DNA of 64,000 nucleotides, taken from positions 252,281 to 316,280 of the forward strand of contig CAWHOY010000008.1 of the NCBI GenBank assembly GCA_963831155.1, written 5' to 3'. Shown piece by piece: positions 31,332-39,726 of the stretch. Position numbers and translations under genes: made by a program. A model generated the notes under the pieces. It had not been told where the DNA came from. It saw only the letters and a list, made by a program, of their open reading frames with translations, and made no database searches. Source of the DNA: an uncultured Acidimicrobiaceae bacterium. Lineage in GTDB: Bacteria > Actinomycetota > Acidimicrobiia > Acidimicrobiales > Bog-793. Each line of letters starts with the position of its first letter. The first letter of the stretch is position 1.

Positions 31332-32251
31332 CCACCGCCGATCGCGTTCGGGTCACGGAGCCGGACTCTGCTCGACTGGCAATCGTCTCCACCCCGATTG
31401 GCAACGTCGACGATCTGTCGCGACGCGCCCTCGACGTACTGTCCTCGGCGGACGTCATCTTCTGCGAGGACACCCGGCACACCGGTCTGCTACTCACGAG
31501 GGTAGGAATCGAGAAACGACACCTCGTTTCGCTCAACGCCCACAACGAAGCCGCGCGAATCGCGAAGGCGATCGACGCTTTGAGCCGCGGTGAAGACCTG
31601 GCGCTCGTGTCTGACGCCGGCACACCACTCGTTTCTGATCCCGGCGCCCGACTTTGCGCGGCCGTGATCGATGCCGGTTATCCAGTCGTGCCGGTACCAG
31701 GACCGTCGGCGGCGCTCGCCGCGCTCGTCGTCAGTGGCTTCGATACGAGCCGCTTCGAGTTCTTCGGTTTCCTCCCGAAATCGGGACGTCTTCGCGCGAA
31801 TCGCCTCCGGGCGATCGCCGAGTCGACGATCCCGTCGATCGTTTTCGAGTCGCCTCGACGTGTCACGGCGACCCTCGGGGACTTCGCGGCCATGACGGGA
31901 GCCGACCGGCGCGTCGTCGTCGCACGGGAACTGACAAAGCTCTTCGAAGAGGTATGGCGCGGCTCGATCGGAGACGCCGTCGAGCGCGCGCAGTCGGTCG
32001 AGCCGATCGGCGAGCACGTCTTGGTCATCGAAGGACGCGACGACGCTGGAATGGTCGACGAAGGCTCGATCCGCGCGGCGCTGGCGGCGCTCGTCGACGC
32101 CGGTCTTACGCCAACCGATGCCGTCCGCGCGGTCGAAATCCTCCTCGGCGTGCCGCACCGGGTTGCCTACGAACAGCGGCTCGCGCTCGAACCCGAGGCG
32201 GAAGCCCCAGGGAAAGCACCGCGTCGGGCACGGAAGGCGATTCGGGGCTGA
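31328..32251 (+). CDS. rsmI: 16S rRNA (cytidine1402-2'-O)-methyltransferase
   Basis: LAIVSTPIGNVDDLSRRALDVLSSADVIFCEDTRHTGLLL. GTG 31328 overlaps the preceding stop. Confidence 0.9.
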   Translation: MTTADRVRVTEPDSARLAIVSTPIGNVDDLSRRALDVLSSADVIFCEDTRHTGLLLTRVGIEKRHLVSLNAHNEAARIAKAIDALSRGEDLALVSDAGTPLVSDPGARLCAAVIDAGYPVVPVPGPSAALAALVVSGFDTSRFEFFGFLPKSGRLRANRLRAIAESTIPSIVFESPRRVTATLGDFAAMTGADRRVVVARELTKLFEEVWRGSIGDAVERAQSVEPIGEHVLVIEGRDDAGMVDEGSIRAALAALVDAGLTPTDAVRAVEILLGVPHRVAYEQRLALEPEAEAPGKAPRRARKAIRG

Positions 32252-32267
32252 ACACTACGCTGACCAG

Positions 32268-33803
32268 GTGCGCGGCACGTTCTACATCACGACGCCGATC
32301 TACTACGTCACGGACCGGCCACATCTCGGCACGTACTACACGATGGTCCTCGCCGATTCACTGGCGCGCTGGCACAGACTTGCTGGCGATGACGTTCGCT
32401 TCCTCACAGGGACCGATGAACACGGGCTGAAAGTTGTCCGCGCTGCAGAGGCGGCGGGGAAGACCCCGCAGTCCTGGGTCGACGAGACGAGTGCGTACTT
32501 CTCCGACGCCTGGAGTGCGCTCGACATCTCGAACGACGACTTCATCCGCACGACAGAGAAGCGTCACGAAGACGCCGTCGCGAAGTTCCTGCAAGCGATC
32601 TACGACAACGGCTACATATACAAGGGGATCTACGCCGGCTGGTACTGCGTCTCGTGCGAGGCGTACTACCACGAGGAGGAGCTCGAAGAGGGCCACCGTT
32701 GCCCGATCCACGGCACCCCGGCCGAGTGGCTCACCGAAGAGAATTACTTCTTCGCGCTCTCGCGCCTGTCCGAGCAGCTCACCGAGTGGTACGCCGCTGT
32801 ACCCGACGCAGTCGTGCCCGAGATCCGCAAGAACGAGGCGCTCGGGCTGATTCGCATGGGCCTCGAGGACGTTTCGATCTCGCGCACCGCGTTCGATTGG
32901 GGCGTACGCGTCCCGTGGGACAAAGAACACGTCGTCTATGTCTGGTTCGACGCGCTGATCAACTACGTCACCGCGGCCGGGTACGGCACCGACGAATCCG
33001 CGTTCGCGAAGTGGTGGCCACACGTCCATCACGTCATCGGCAAGGACATCGTTCGTTTCCACTGCGTGTGGTGGCCGGCGATGTGCATCGCGGCCGGTAT
33101 CCCACCTCCGCGCCAGGTACTGGCGCACGGATGGCTGCTCGTCGCGGGGGAGAAGATGTCGAAGTCGAAGGCGAACCAGATCGACCCCGTGGAGCTCGCC
33201 GGTGACGTCGGACTCGAACCGCTTCGCTATCACCTGCTGCGCGACATCGTCTTCGGCAACGACGGCGAGTTCAGCTATGAGGGATTGATCGACCGATACA
33301 ACGCCGACCTCGCGAACAACCTCGGCAATCTGTTACAACGCGTCTCGACCGTCGTCCACCAAAAGTCAGCCGGTGTCGGTCCGAGGCCGACGCCACCAGA
33401 AGCAGGTACGCGTCTTTCGGCGCTCGTCACCGACGCCACGCAGGCCGCCGCGGAATTCTGGGAGCGTTCGGATCCCAAGGGAGCGCTCGAAGAGACGTGG
33501 CGGTTGATTCGTGACGCGAACGCCGAGCTCGAGTCCAGCGAACCGTGGAAGCTGCCGCCTGGCGAAGCCGTCGACGCGATCTTGGGAGACGCCCTCGAGG
33601 TGTTGCGGATCATTGCCGTCCTCGTCGCGCCGGCGATGCCGAAGGCTGCGAAGGAAATCTGGCGGCGGCTCGGGATGCCCGGCGAGGTCGACGAACCCGG
33701 GATCGTCGCACGCGGCACCCTCGACTGGGGTGGGTATCCGGGCGGGATCGCCGTCGAAAAGGGAGCGCCGCTCTTCCCCCGCCGCCAGACCGCCGCGCCG
33801 TGA
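32268..33803 (+). CDS. metG: methionine--tRNA ligase
   Basis: FYITTPIYYVTDRPHLGTYYT (HIGH-type region) and GEKMSKSKAN (KMSKS). GTG 32268. Confidence 0.93.
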   Translation: MRGTFYITTPIYYVTDRPHLGTYYTMVLADSLARWHRLAGDDVRFLTGTDEHGLKVVRAAEAAGKTPQSWVDETSAYFSDAWSALDISNDDFIRTTEKRHEDAVAKFLQAIYDNGYIYKGIYAGWYCVSCEAYYHEEELEEGHRCPIHGTPAEWLTEENYFFALSRLSEQLTEWYAAVPDAVVPEIRKNEALGLIRMGLEDVSISRTAFDWGVRVPWDKEHVVYVWFDALINYVTAAGYGTDESAFAKWWPHVHHVIGKDIVRFHCVWWPAMCIAAGIPPPRQVLAHGWLLVAGEKMSKSKANQIDPVELAGDVGLEPLRYHLLRDIVFGNDGEFSYEGLIDRYNADLANNLGNLLQRVSTVVHQKSAGVGPRPTPPEAGTRLSALVTDATQAAAEFWERSDPKGALEETWRLIRDANAELESSEPWKLPPGEAVDAILGDALEVLRIIAVLVAPAMPKAAKEIWRRLGMPGEVDEPGIVARGTLDWGGYPGGIAVEKGAPLFPRRQTAAP

Positions 33804-34627
33804 GCGACGCGGTCGCCGACGACTGCTGGACCGATACGCACTGCCATGTCCAGGCGTCGTATCTGAAGGAGCCGTTAGGCGAGGATCAGGTCTTCTTGCG
33901 GGCGAGCGCGGCATCGGTCGGTCGCATCGTCTGCGTCGGTACCGACGTTGTCGCGTCGGCAGAAGCGATCGACCTCGCCCGATCGCGGAGCAACGCCGGA
34001 GCGACCCCGTCGACTTGGGCGACGGTCGGGCTCCATCCCCACGAGGCGGCGCATGGCCTCGGACCCGTGCGGCAACTGCTCGAGGACAAAGCCTCGGTGG
34101 ATCGCCGCCCCGGTTCTGTCGTCGCGGTCGGCGAGTGCGGGCTCGACTATTTCTACGAGCACTCTCCACGCGACGCTCAGCGCGCCGTGTTCGCCGAGCA
34201 GATCGCGCTCGCCAAGCGATTCGACCTCGCGCTCGTCGTCCATACCCGAGACGCCTGGGACGACACAGCCGACATCTTGACGGCCGAAGGCGTCCCGGAA
34301 CGCACGGTCATCCACTGCTTCACCGGAGGGTTGCCCGAAGCGCAGCGCATGCTTGACCTCGGCGCGTACCTCTCGTTCAGTGGGATCGTCACCTTCAAGA
34401 ACGCCGGTGAGGTCCGCGAGGCCGCGAGGCTTTGTCCGGCCGACCGGCTGCTCGTCGAGACAGACGCGCCGTTCCTCACCCCGGTTCCTCATCGCGGCCT
34501 CCCCAACGAACCTGCCTACGTCGCGATCGTCGGTACAGCCGTTGCCAATCTGCGCGGAGTCGACGGTCGCGAGTTGGCCGCATCGTCGAGTGCCAACGCG
34601 GCGAGGGTATTCAATTTCGAGCGGTGA
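33800..34627 (+). CDS. tatD: TatD-family metal-dependent hydrolase
   Basis: WTDTHCHV, VAVGECGLDY and VVHTRDA. GTG 33800 overlaps the metG stop (GTGA). Confidence 0.88.
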   Translation: MSDAVADDCWTDTHCHVQASYLKEPLGEDQVFLRASAASVGRIVCVGTDVVASAEAIDLARSRSNAGATPSTWATVGLHPHEAAHGLGPVRQLLEDKASVDRRPGSVVAVGECGLDYFYEHSPRDAQRAVFAEQIALAKRFDLALVVHTRDAWDDTADILTAEGVPERTVIHCFTGGLPEAQRMLDLGAYLSFSGIVTFKNAGEVREAARLCPADRLLVETDAPFLTPVPHRGLPNEPAYVAIVGTAVANLRGVDGRELAASSSANAARVFNFER

Positions 34628-35502
34628 AGAATTCCTTCGGCGCGCCGCCGCTCGGTCGGAACGCGATCCGCCGCCTTCTCGACGAAGCTGGAGTCGCTCC
34701 GAGCCGGCTGCGGGGCCAGAACTTCCTCGTCGATCCGAACACCGCCGACCGTATCGTGCGCCTTTCCGGAATCGCTCGAGGCGATCACGTCGTCGAGATC
34801 GGAGCCGGGCTCGGATCCCTGACGGTGGCGCTCGCATCGACGGGTGCCGAGGTCGTTGCGGTCGAGATCGATCGTCGGCTCGCGTCGTACCTTTCGGGGC
34901 ACATGCCCGCGAACGTCAGCGTCGTTCGGGCCGACGCGATGACGATCGACTGGAATGGGCTATTACGCACGCGCGGTGATCCTCAGCACGGCTGGTCGCT
35001 CGTTGCGAATTTGCCGTACAGCGTCGCGACGCCGCTGATCATCGATCTTTTGCGCGATGTCCGGCGCATCGAGCGGATGCTCGTGATGGTCCAATCCGAA
35101 GTCGCCGATCGGCTGGCGAGCGCTCCCGGAAGTCGTGTCTACGGCCCGGCGACCGTTCGACTCGAGTACTTCGCCACGGCGCGAATCGTCGGTCGGGTTG
35201 CCCCCGAAGTTTTCTATCCACGCCCGAAGGTCGAATCCGCGTTGCTTCGCATCGAGCGCCGGAGTGGGGTTGCGGTCAGCGAAGACGTTGCGACGTTCGA
35301 AGAGATCGACACGCTCGTCCGCGCCGGCTTCGGTTCGAGACGCAAGATGCTGCGTCGAGCCCTCGGTTCGATGGTGACGAGCGACGCCTTCGACTGCGCC
35401 GGCGTAGATCCGCAGAGTCGTGCAGAGCAACTCGATGTCGTCGCGTGGGGCAAGCTTGCAGGGTGCCGGAAGTCCACCGCGAACTCGCGCGCGCCAAGCT
35501 GA
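34624..35502 (+). CDS. rsmA: 16S rRNA (adenine1518/1519-N6)-dimethyltransferase
   Basis: RGQNFLVDPN, VVEIGAGLGSLT and ANLPYSVATP. GTG 34624 overlaps the tatD stop. Confidence 0.92.
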   Translation: MKNSFGAPPLGRNAIRRLLDEAGVAPSRLRGQNFLVDPNTADRIVRLSGIARGDHVVEIGAGLGSLTVALASTGAEVVAVEIDRRLASYLSGHMPANVSVVRADAMTIDWNGLLRTRGDPQHGWSLVANLPYSVATPLIIDLLRDVRRIERMLVMVQSEVADRLASAPGSRVYGPATVRLEYFATARIVGRVAPEVFYPRPKVESALLRIERRSGVAVSEDVATFEEIDTLVRAGFGSRRKMLRRALGSMVTSDAFDCAGVDPQSRAEQLDVVAWGKLAGCRKSTANSRAPS

Positions 35503-36260
35503 CCCGGTCTCTTCGTGTTCTTGGCCGTCGATCCGACGGCTACCACACGATTTCGTCGGAGATGGTCACCCTCGAATTAGCCGACGAACTCGAGTTCACG
35601 CCGGGCAACGATCTCGAACTCATCGATGCGATCGATTGGAGCGGCAGGACTCGAGGCGATCTGAGTGCGACGATTGGGCCCGGCCGTAACCTCGTCGAGA
35701 GCGCGCTCGCGCTCATGGGCCGGAAATCGCACATCCGACTCACGAAGCGCATTCCGCCGGGCGCTGGTCTCGGCGGTGGTTCTGCCGATGCCGCGGCCGT
35801 CCTGCGCTGGGCGGGCGAAGATGACATCGCGCAGGCAGCGCGCCTCGGCGCCGACGTGCCGTTCTGTCTTCGCGGCGGACACGCGCTCGTAGGCGGTGTC
35901 GGCGAGATCCTCGACCCGTTACCGATGGTTGATGCCTCGTACGTCCTTCTCATTCCCGCGATTGCCGTCTCTACGGCCTCCGTCTATGCAGCGTTCGATG
36001 AGCTTGACGGGATCCACGGCGGAGGGGGGGCTGCAAACGACCTCGAGAAAGCGGCGCTCGCGGTGCAACCGCGACTCGCCCGCTATCGAGACCTCTTGCG
36101 CGACGTGTCCGTCCGCGAGCCGCAGCTCGCGGGGAGCGGTGCGACGTGGTTCGTGGAGACGGCGGCGTCGGACGCGGCGCGGATAGGGCAGGAGGTCCGT
36201 TCGGCTGTCGTCGAGTCCGGCGCGGCGGCCGCGGTGCTCGCGACGCGAACCTGCTCATAG
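35463..36260 (+). CDS. ispE: 4-(cytidine 5'-diphospho)-2-C-methyl-D-erythritol kinase
   Basis: ARAKLTRSLRVLGRRSDGYHTISSEM and KRIPPGAGLGGGSADAAAVL. The start is GTG 35463 or GTG 35445. Confidence 0.88.
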   Translation: MPEVHRELARAKLTRSLRVLGRRSDGYHTISSEMVTLELADELEFTPGNDLELIDAIDWSGRTRGDLSATIGPGRNLVESALALMGRKSHIRLTKRIPPGAGLGGGSADAAAVLRWAGEDDIAQAARLGADVPFCLRGGHALVGGVGEILDPLPMVDASYVLLIPAIAVSTASVYAAFDELDGIHGGGGAANDLEKAALAVQPRLARYRDLLRDVSVREPQLAGSGATWFVETAASDAARIGQEVRSAVVESGAAAAVLATRTCS

Positions 36261-36319
36261 CGCGGATCGAACTCGATCAGGATCGCGAGCGGACCGAAGT
36301 CATGCGCTCCGAGGCGGAA

Positions 36320-36415
36320 TTACTTCGTGCGCCTCTGCCAGCGTGTGCGCTTCAGCATCTTCTTGTGTTTCTTTTTGCGCATGCGCTTGCGGCGCTTCTT
36401 GATAAGCGATCCCAT
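36320..36415 (-). CDS. ribosomal protein bS22 (31 aa)
   Basis: MGSLIKKRRKRMRKKKHKKMLKRTRWQRRTK matches the actinobacterial bS22 pattern MGSVIKKRRKRM.KKKH.K.L..TR (recalled, not searched). Confidence 0.75.
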   Translation of the reverse strand: MGSLIKKRRKRMRKKKHKKMLKRTRWQRRTK

Positions 36416-36560
36416 GGCCGGGGAGACGTTAGCGGATCGTCGACCAGGCCCGATACTCCGCGGACGCTCAGCGCGGAGATAGCGGGTAAGTCCTCGACGG
36501 CGTTCCACCGAACTCTTTGATGTCCGACAGGGTCCGTTCGCAACGATCGGATCCAAACGG

Positions 36561-37796
36561 TCAGTCGCCGGAGCGGACCGTCAACGTGTGGTTGGAAGCG
36601 ACCGCTGCAGCCGATTGGGCCGGCGTCGCGACCGGGTGACCGCTCTGGACCATCTGCCAGGTGTTGCCGCCGGTGAACGACGATCCGTCAGCCGTCGTCA
36701 TCGTCATGTTCGTGAAGGTGATCGGCGAGAAGCCGTCGACGAAGGGTTCCGTCGGTGCGCCGGGGTCTTCGACGATCCACTCGGCGGTCCCGGCAGGTCC
36801 GGAGTAATTGACCGGCTGCGTCGACTGGTACGAGGCGCCAGTCGTCTCATCCGTCACCGACCACATCCATCCGCCCCTCGTCTGCCAGACCGATGCCGAG
36901 ATCGTGTCGCCGCTGTTCACGGTTCCGAGGGCGTTCGCGGGTCCCGGGTACGACTCCCACCAGGCCTCGTTTTGTTGCTGACCGTCGATGCAGTACGAGT
37001 ACACGCCGTCCTGGAAAAGCAGGTTCGTGCCAGGTCCCGAGGACTCGGCACCGTCGACGCCGAGCCAGGCGCCGAGCCACGAGTTGCCAGTTCCACAGGT
37101 GACTGATGGCACCGTCCAGGTCGCGGACACCGCCTTCGCGGGGGAGTCGAGCGTCGAGACATATCCCGCCCAGCTCGCCGACTCCTGAGCATTCGTCGTC
37201 GGGGAGACGGAATTCGTCGAGGCGTCACTTGTCGGAGAGCCGGCCGACGAATCTGAGGCCGCCCGTGACGAAGCCTTCTTGGTCGAGTGGTGAACGTGCA
37301 GGTGGATGGTGAGGTCGTGGGAGACGGTGCCGCCGGAGCGATTCTTGGCGATTAGCCGCAGCTCTGCCAGGTGCGCAGACGTAGCGAGATTCGGACCGAA
37401 TCGAATTCGCTCGGTGAAACGCCCGTTCGCGCACGACCGCCAACGCCTCGAGAAGTGCGCCCTCACGGGGCCGCGAGGGGCGAGGATGAGACGACAACTC
37501 GTCGAGTTCTCGACATGTGCTCTCACCAAGACGCTCTCACCCCGCCACGAAAGACCAAGGGCGCGTGCGTGGACCGAGACGAACGCCGGCGGGACCTTCT
37601 CCCGACCGACGGCGCCAGCAGGAAGGACGAACGCGGCCCCGACTGCCGTCGCGAGTCCGATTCCGGCGATGAAGGTGATCAGGCGACGGTGCCGTGAACG
37701 CGCTGGCGCAATCGCGATCGCGAGGGCGCGTCCTGATTCTTCCCCGTCGGTACGCGCCGACTGGCACCGCTCCGTTCGCCCTACTTGAACACTCAT
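36561..37796 (-). CDS. membrane-anchored/secreted peptidase G1 (eqolisin, glutamic peptidase) with an N-terminal Ig-like/pro region
   Basis: The C-terminal ~210 aa align by eye to aspergillo/scytalido-glutamic peptidases: SWAGYV, WTVPSV, GAWLGVDG, LFQDGV (catalytic Gln), NEAWWESYP, AEWIVEDP (catalytic Glu) and SPITFTN. ATG 37796 is preferred over GTG 37817. Confidence 0.85.
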   Translation of the reverse strand: MSVQVGRTERCQSARTDGEESGRALAIAIAPARSRHRRLITFIAGIGLATAVGAAFVLPAGAVGREKVPPAFVSVHARALGLSWRGESVLVRAHVENSTSCRLILAPRGPVRAHFSRRWRSCANGRFTERIRFGPNLATSAHLAELRLIAKNRSGGTVSHDLTIHLHVHHSTKKASSRAASDSSAGSPTSDASTNSVSPTTNAQESASWAGYVSTLDSPAKAVSATWTVPSVTCGTGNSWLGAWLGVDGAESSGPGTNLLFQDGVYSYCIDGQQQNEAWWESYPGPANALGTVNSGDTISASVWQTRGGWMWSVTDETTGASYQSTQPVNYSGPAGTAEWIVEDPGAPTEPFVDGFSPITFTNMTMTTADGSSFTGGNTWQMVQSGHPVATPAQSAAAVASNHTLTVRSGD

Positions 37797-38064
37797 TGTC
37801 AGTGGTAGCCTTACCACTGAGAGTGGTTACTTCAACGCTAAAAGTACTCAAATCAGTACATGACGTGGTTTAGTCAGCTCTAATGCGGTTGTGTCAGAGC
37901 GCCTCTGGTACGAACCGGTTTTCCTGTCACCACTGACGGACGGTGTGTTTCAGCGAATGGCTGCGAAGAGACCTGGCCACACACGGTCTGCAAAGACGGC
38001 GGTATCTCAGCGTCGGTCTGGGGTCCTCCGCCCTTTTGGGCGTCGGCTGATTCGCGTCAAGGAG

Positions 38065-39213
38065 TTAGGCGCGGCGCGCCGACCGACGCATCCGGCGCCT
38101 AGCGCGCGCTCCAATCGCGATGAGTCCCGATCCGACTGCGAGGATCGCGATCTCGTAGGGCCGCGAACCTGCCCACGGTTCGCCGGTGTGTGGTTTCGTT
38201 GCCATCGGAACCGCTTTTGGCAGCCCAACCACCTTCACCGTGACCGTGTTCGTGTGACAGGGGGTCGCCGAAGTCCCGCAACTGGAGGCGCCTGTGCTCG
38301 AGTACAGAGCGGAGTTCGGGATCACCTCATTGTTCGAGTCGCTCTTGTTGACGGTGACTGAGAAAGTCACCGTCACCGTCCCTCCGGCATCGATCGTCAG
38401 CCCTGTCCAGGAGACGACGCCACCGGCTTCCGACGCCGTGCAGCCATGGGCGCTGTGGCAATCCGCCGATCCAGCCACGTAGGTCGCCCCCGTCGGAACG
38501 TGATCCGTGACGTGCACTCCGGTCGCCGCCGCGGTGCCAGAGTTCGTCAACTTGATGAGGTATTCGACCGTCGAGCCCAGTGCGACCGTCGAACCCGACG
38601 TCGGGACCGAGGACTTCGTTGCCGTCAACTTCGGCTTGCCCGACGGAGTGCTGGGCGGGCTGCTCGACGGCGTGCTCGACGACGTGCTCGATGAGGAGCC
38701 GGGAGGCGATGACGAGCCCGGTGGCGCCGGCGGCAAATTCACGGTGAACGGTTCGCAAGGGCTCGGACCACCGAATATGTAGTCGCTTGGCTCGCCGGAG
38801 TACGTCGCTTGGAAGCTGTAGCTACCGGCGGCGAGCGGGCCGGTCGCCTGGGAGTTCGGCACCGGGGGGTTCGGGACCGCGTTCAGCGTGACCGTTTGCG
38901 GCCATGTGTTGCCGTTCAGGCTCGTGACCGCACCGCTGCTCGCGCACGTGCTGTTTGTGAAGAGGGCGTAGCTCACGGTCGTCGTTGTCGTCGGAGTGGC
39001 GGCGATCGACACCGTCGCGGTGTCGTACGCGGACGCGCCGGCGACTTCTTTGTTGGTCCAGCCGGCGTTCGTCGACGCGTCGTAAACGACGGTCGAGATT
39101 GACGTGTCCGCTCCAGCTGGCGCCGCGAAAAGCGCGATCGGCGTGACGATGGTCGCCGCCAGCAAAGCAACGATTGCCGCCGGTCTCCACAACGTTCGGA
39201 CGAGATGCTTCAT
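38065..39213 (-). CDS. cell-surface protein: signal peptide, Ig-like domain, Ser/Pro linker, DUF11-type repeat, C-terminal sorting signal with KPHTG
   Basis: Signal peptide MKHLVRTLWRPAAIVALLAATIVTPIALFAAPAGA. DUF11 pattern GSTVEYLIKLTNSGTAAATGVHVTDHVPTGATYVAGS..VSWTGLTIDAGGTVTVTFSVTV. Tail LPKAVPMATKPHTGEPWAGSRPYEIAILAVGSGLIAIGARARRRMRRSARRA. The ORF is open upstream to 39279. Confidence 0.8.
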   Translation of the reverse strand: MKHLVRTLWRPAAIVALLAATIVTPIALFAAPAGADTSISTVVYDASTNAGWTNKEVAGASAYDTATVSIAATPTTTTTVSYALFTNSTCASSGAVTSLNGNTWPQTVTLNAVPNPPVPNSQATGPLAAGSYSFQATYSGEPSDYIFGGPSPCEPFTVNLPPAPPGSSSPPGSSSSTSSSTPSSSPPSTPSGKPKLTATKSSVPTSGSTVALGSTVEYLIKLTNSGTAAATGVHVTDHVPTGATYVAGSADCHSAHGCTASEAGGVVSWTGLTIDAGGTVTVTFSVTVNKSDSNNEVIPNSALYSSTGASSCGTSATPCHTNTVTVKVVGLPKAVPMATKPHTGEPWAGSRPYEIAILAVGSGLIAIGARARRRMRRSARRA

Positions 39214-39270
39214 GGCTTGACACGACCCCTTCGCACAATCGGTGGCAACAAAAAGCGTCGGTTTCGCCAT
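39214..39270 (-). other. upstream-ORF homolog fused in frame to the surface-protein gene (MAKPTLFVATDCAKGSCQA)
   Basis: ATG 39270 directly follows GGTGGAGGGA. This is the paralog of the 17-codon uORF at 43177-43230, but with CAA where the other copy has TAA. Confidence 0.4.
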
Positions 39271-39291
39271 TCCCTCCACCGCCCAACGTGG

Positions 39292-39305
39292 CGACCAAAT
39301 GGTCG
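39292..39305. promoter_or_regulatory. near-palindrome CGACCAAATGGTCG, candidate operator
   Basis: One central mismatch relative to the perfect palindrome at 43252-43265. Same position relative to the uORF. Confidence 0.35.
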
Positions 39306-39726
39306 AGCGGTTTCAACGGATCGCATGGCACTTCATAGGTCCACACGCCAGCCCCAGCGACGTATGAAAGAGACCCTCTTTCTCCTTGCTCGACTGGAAG
39401 CGCCCCCAGCGATGAGTTTTCTAACCAATCGCCTACTACGGGGCGAATCATAATCTTGGGGCAACGAATTCGAACCAGGCAAACTAGTCCGATTTGGGGG
39501 TTTCCGAGGACTGATCGTGAGCCGTCGAACGCGATTAGTAGTGGACCGTCTGTTTACAGGGTTCGGCGGGCGATCGGTTCCGACGGAACGCGGGCCTTCG
39601 GGAAGCGGCACGTCCGACCGAACGTGAGTTATTGGAGTCCGAGCGCTCGGCTGGCTTTCACACCGACAACTGTCACTGATGACCGCGTCAGCTCGTCACT
39701 TGAGCTCGTTTGGTCGGGCGGTCGAG

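Noticed and set aside
39205-39453. Plus-strand ORFs 39205-39453 and 42985-43422 encode similar peptides (LHGLTRP.RT..G...RRFRHSL.R.TWRP.GRAVST), which could suggest a conserved antisense gene.
   Set aside because: The similarity is the mirror of the conserved leader/uORF DNA on the minus strand. It stops where the DNA conservation stops, and farther conserved blocks fall in different frames in the two copies. The peptides are Arg-rich with no start context.
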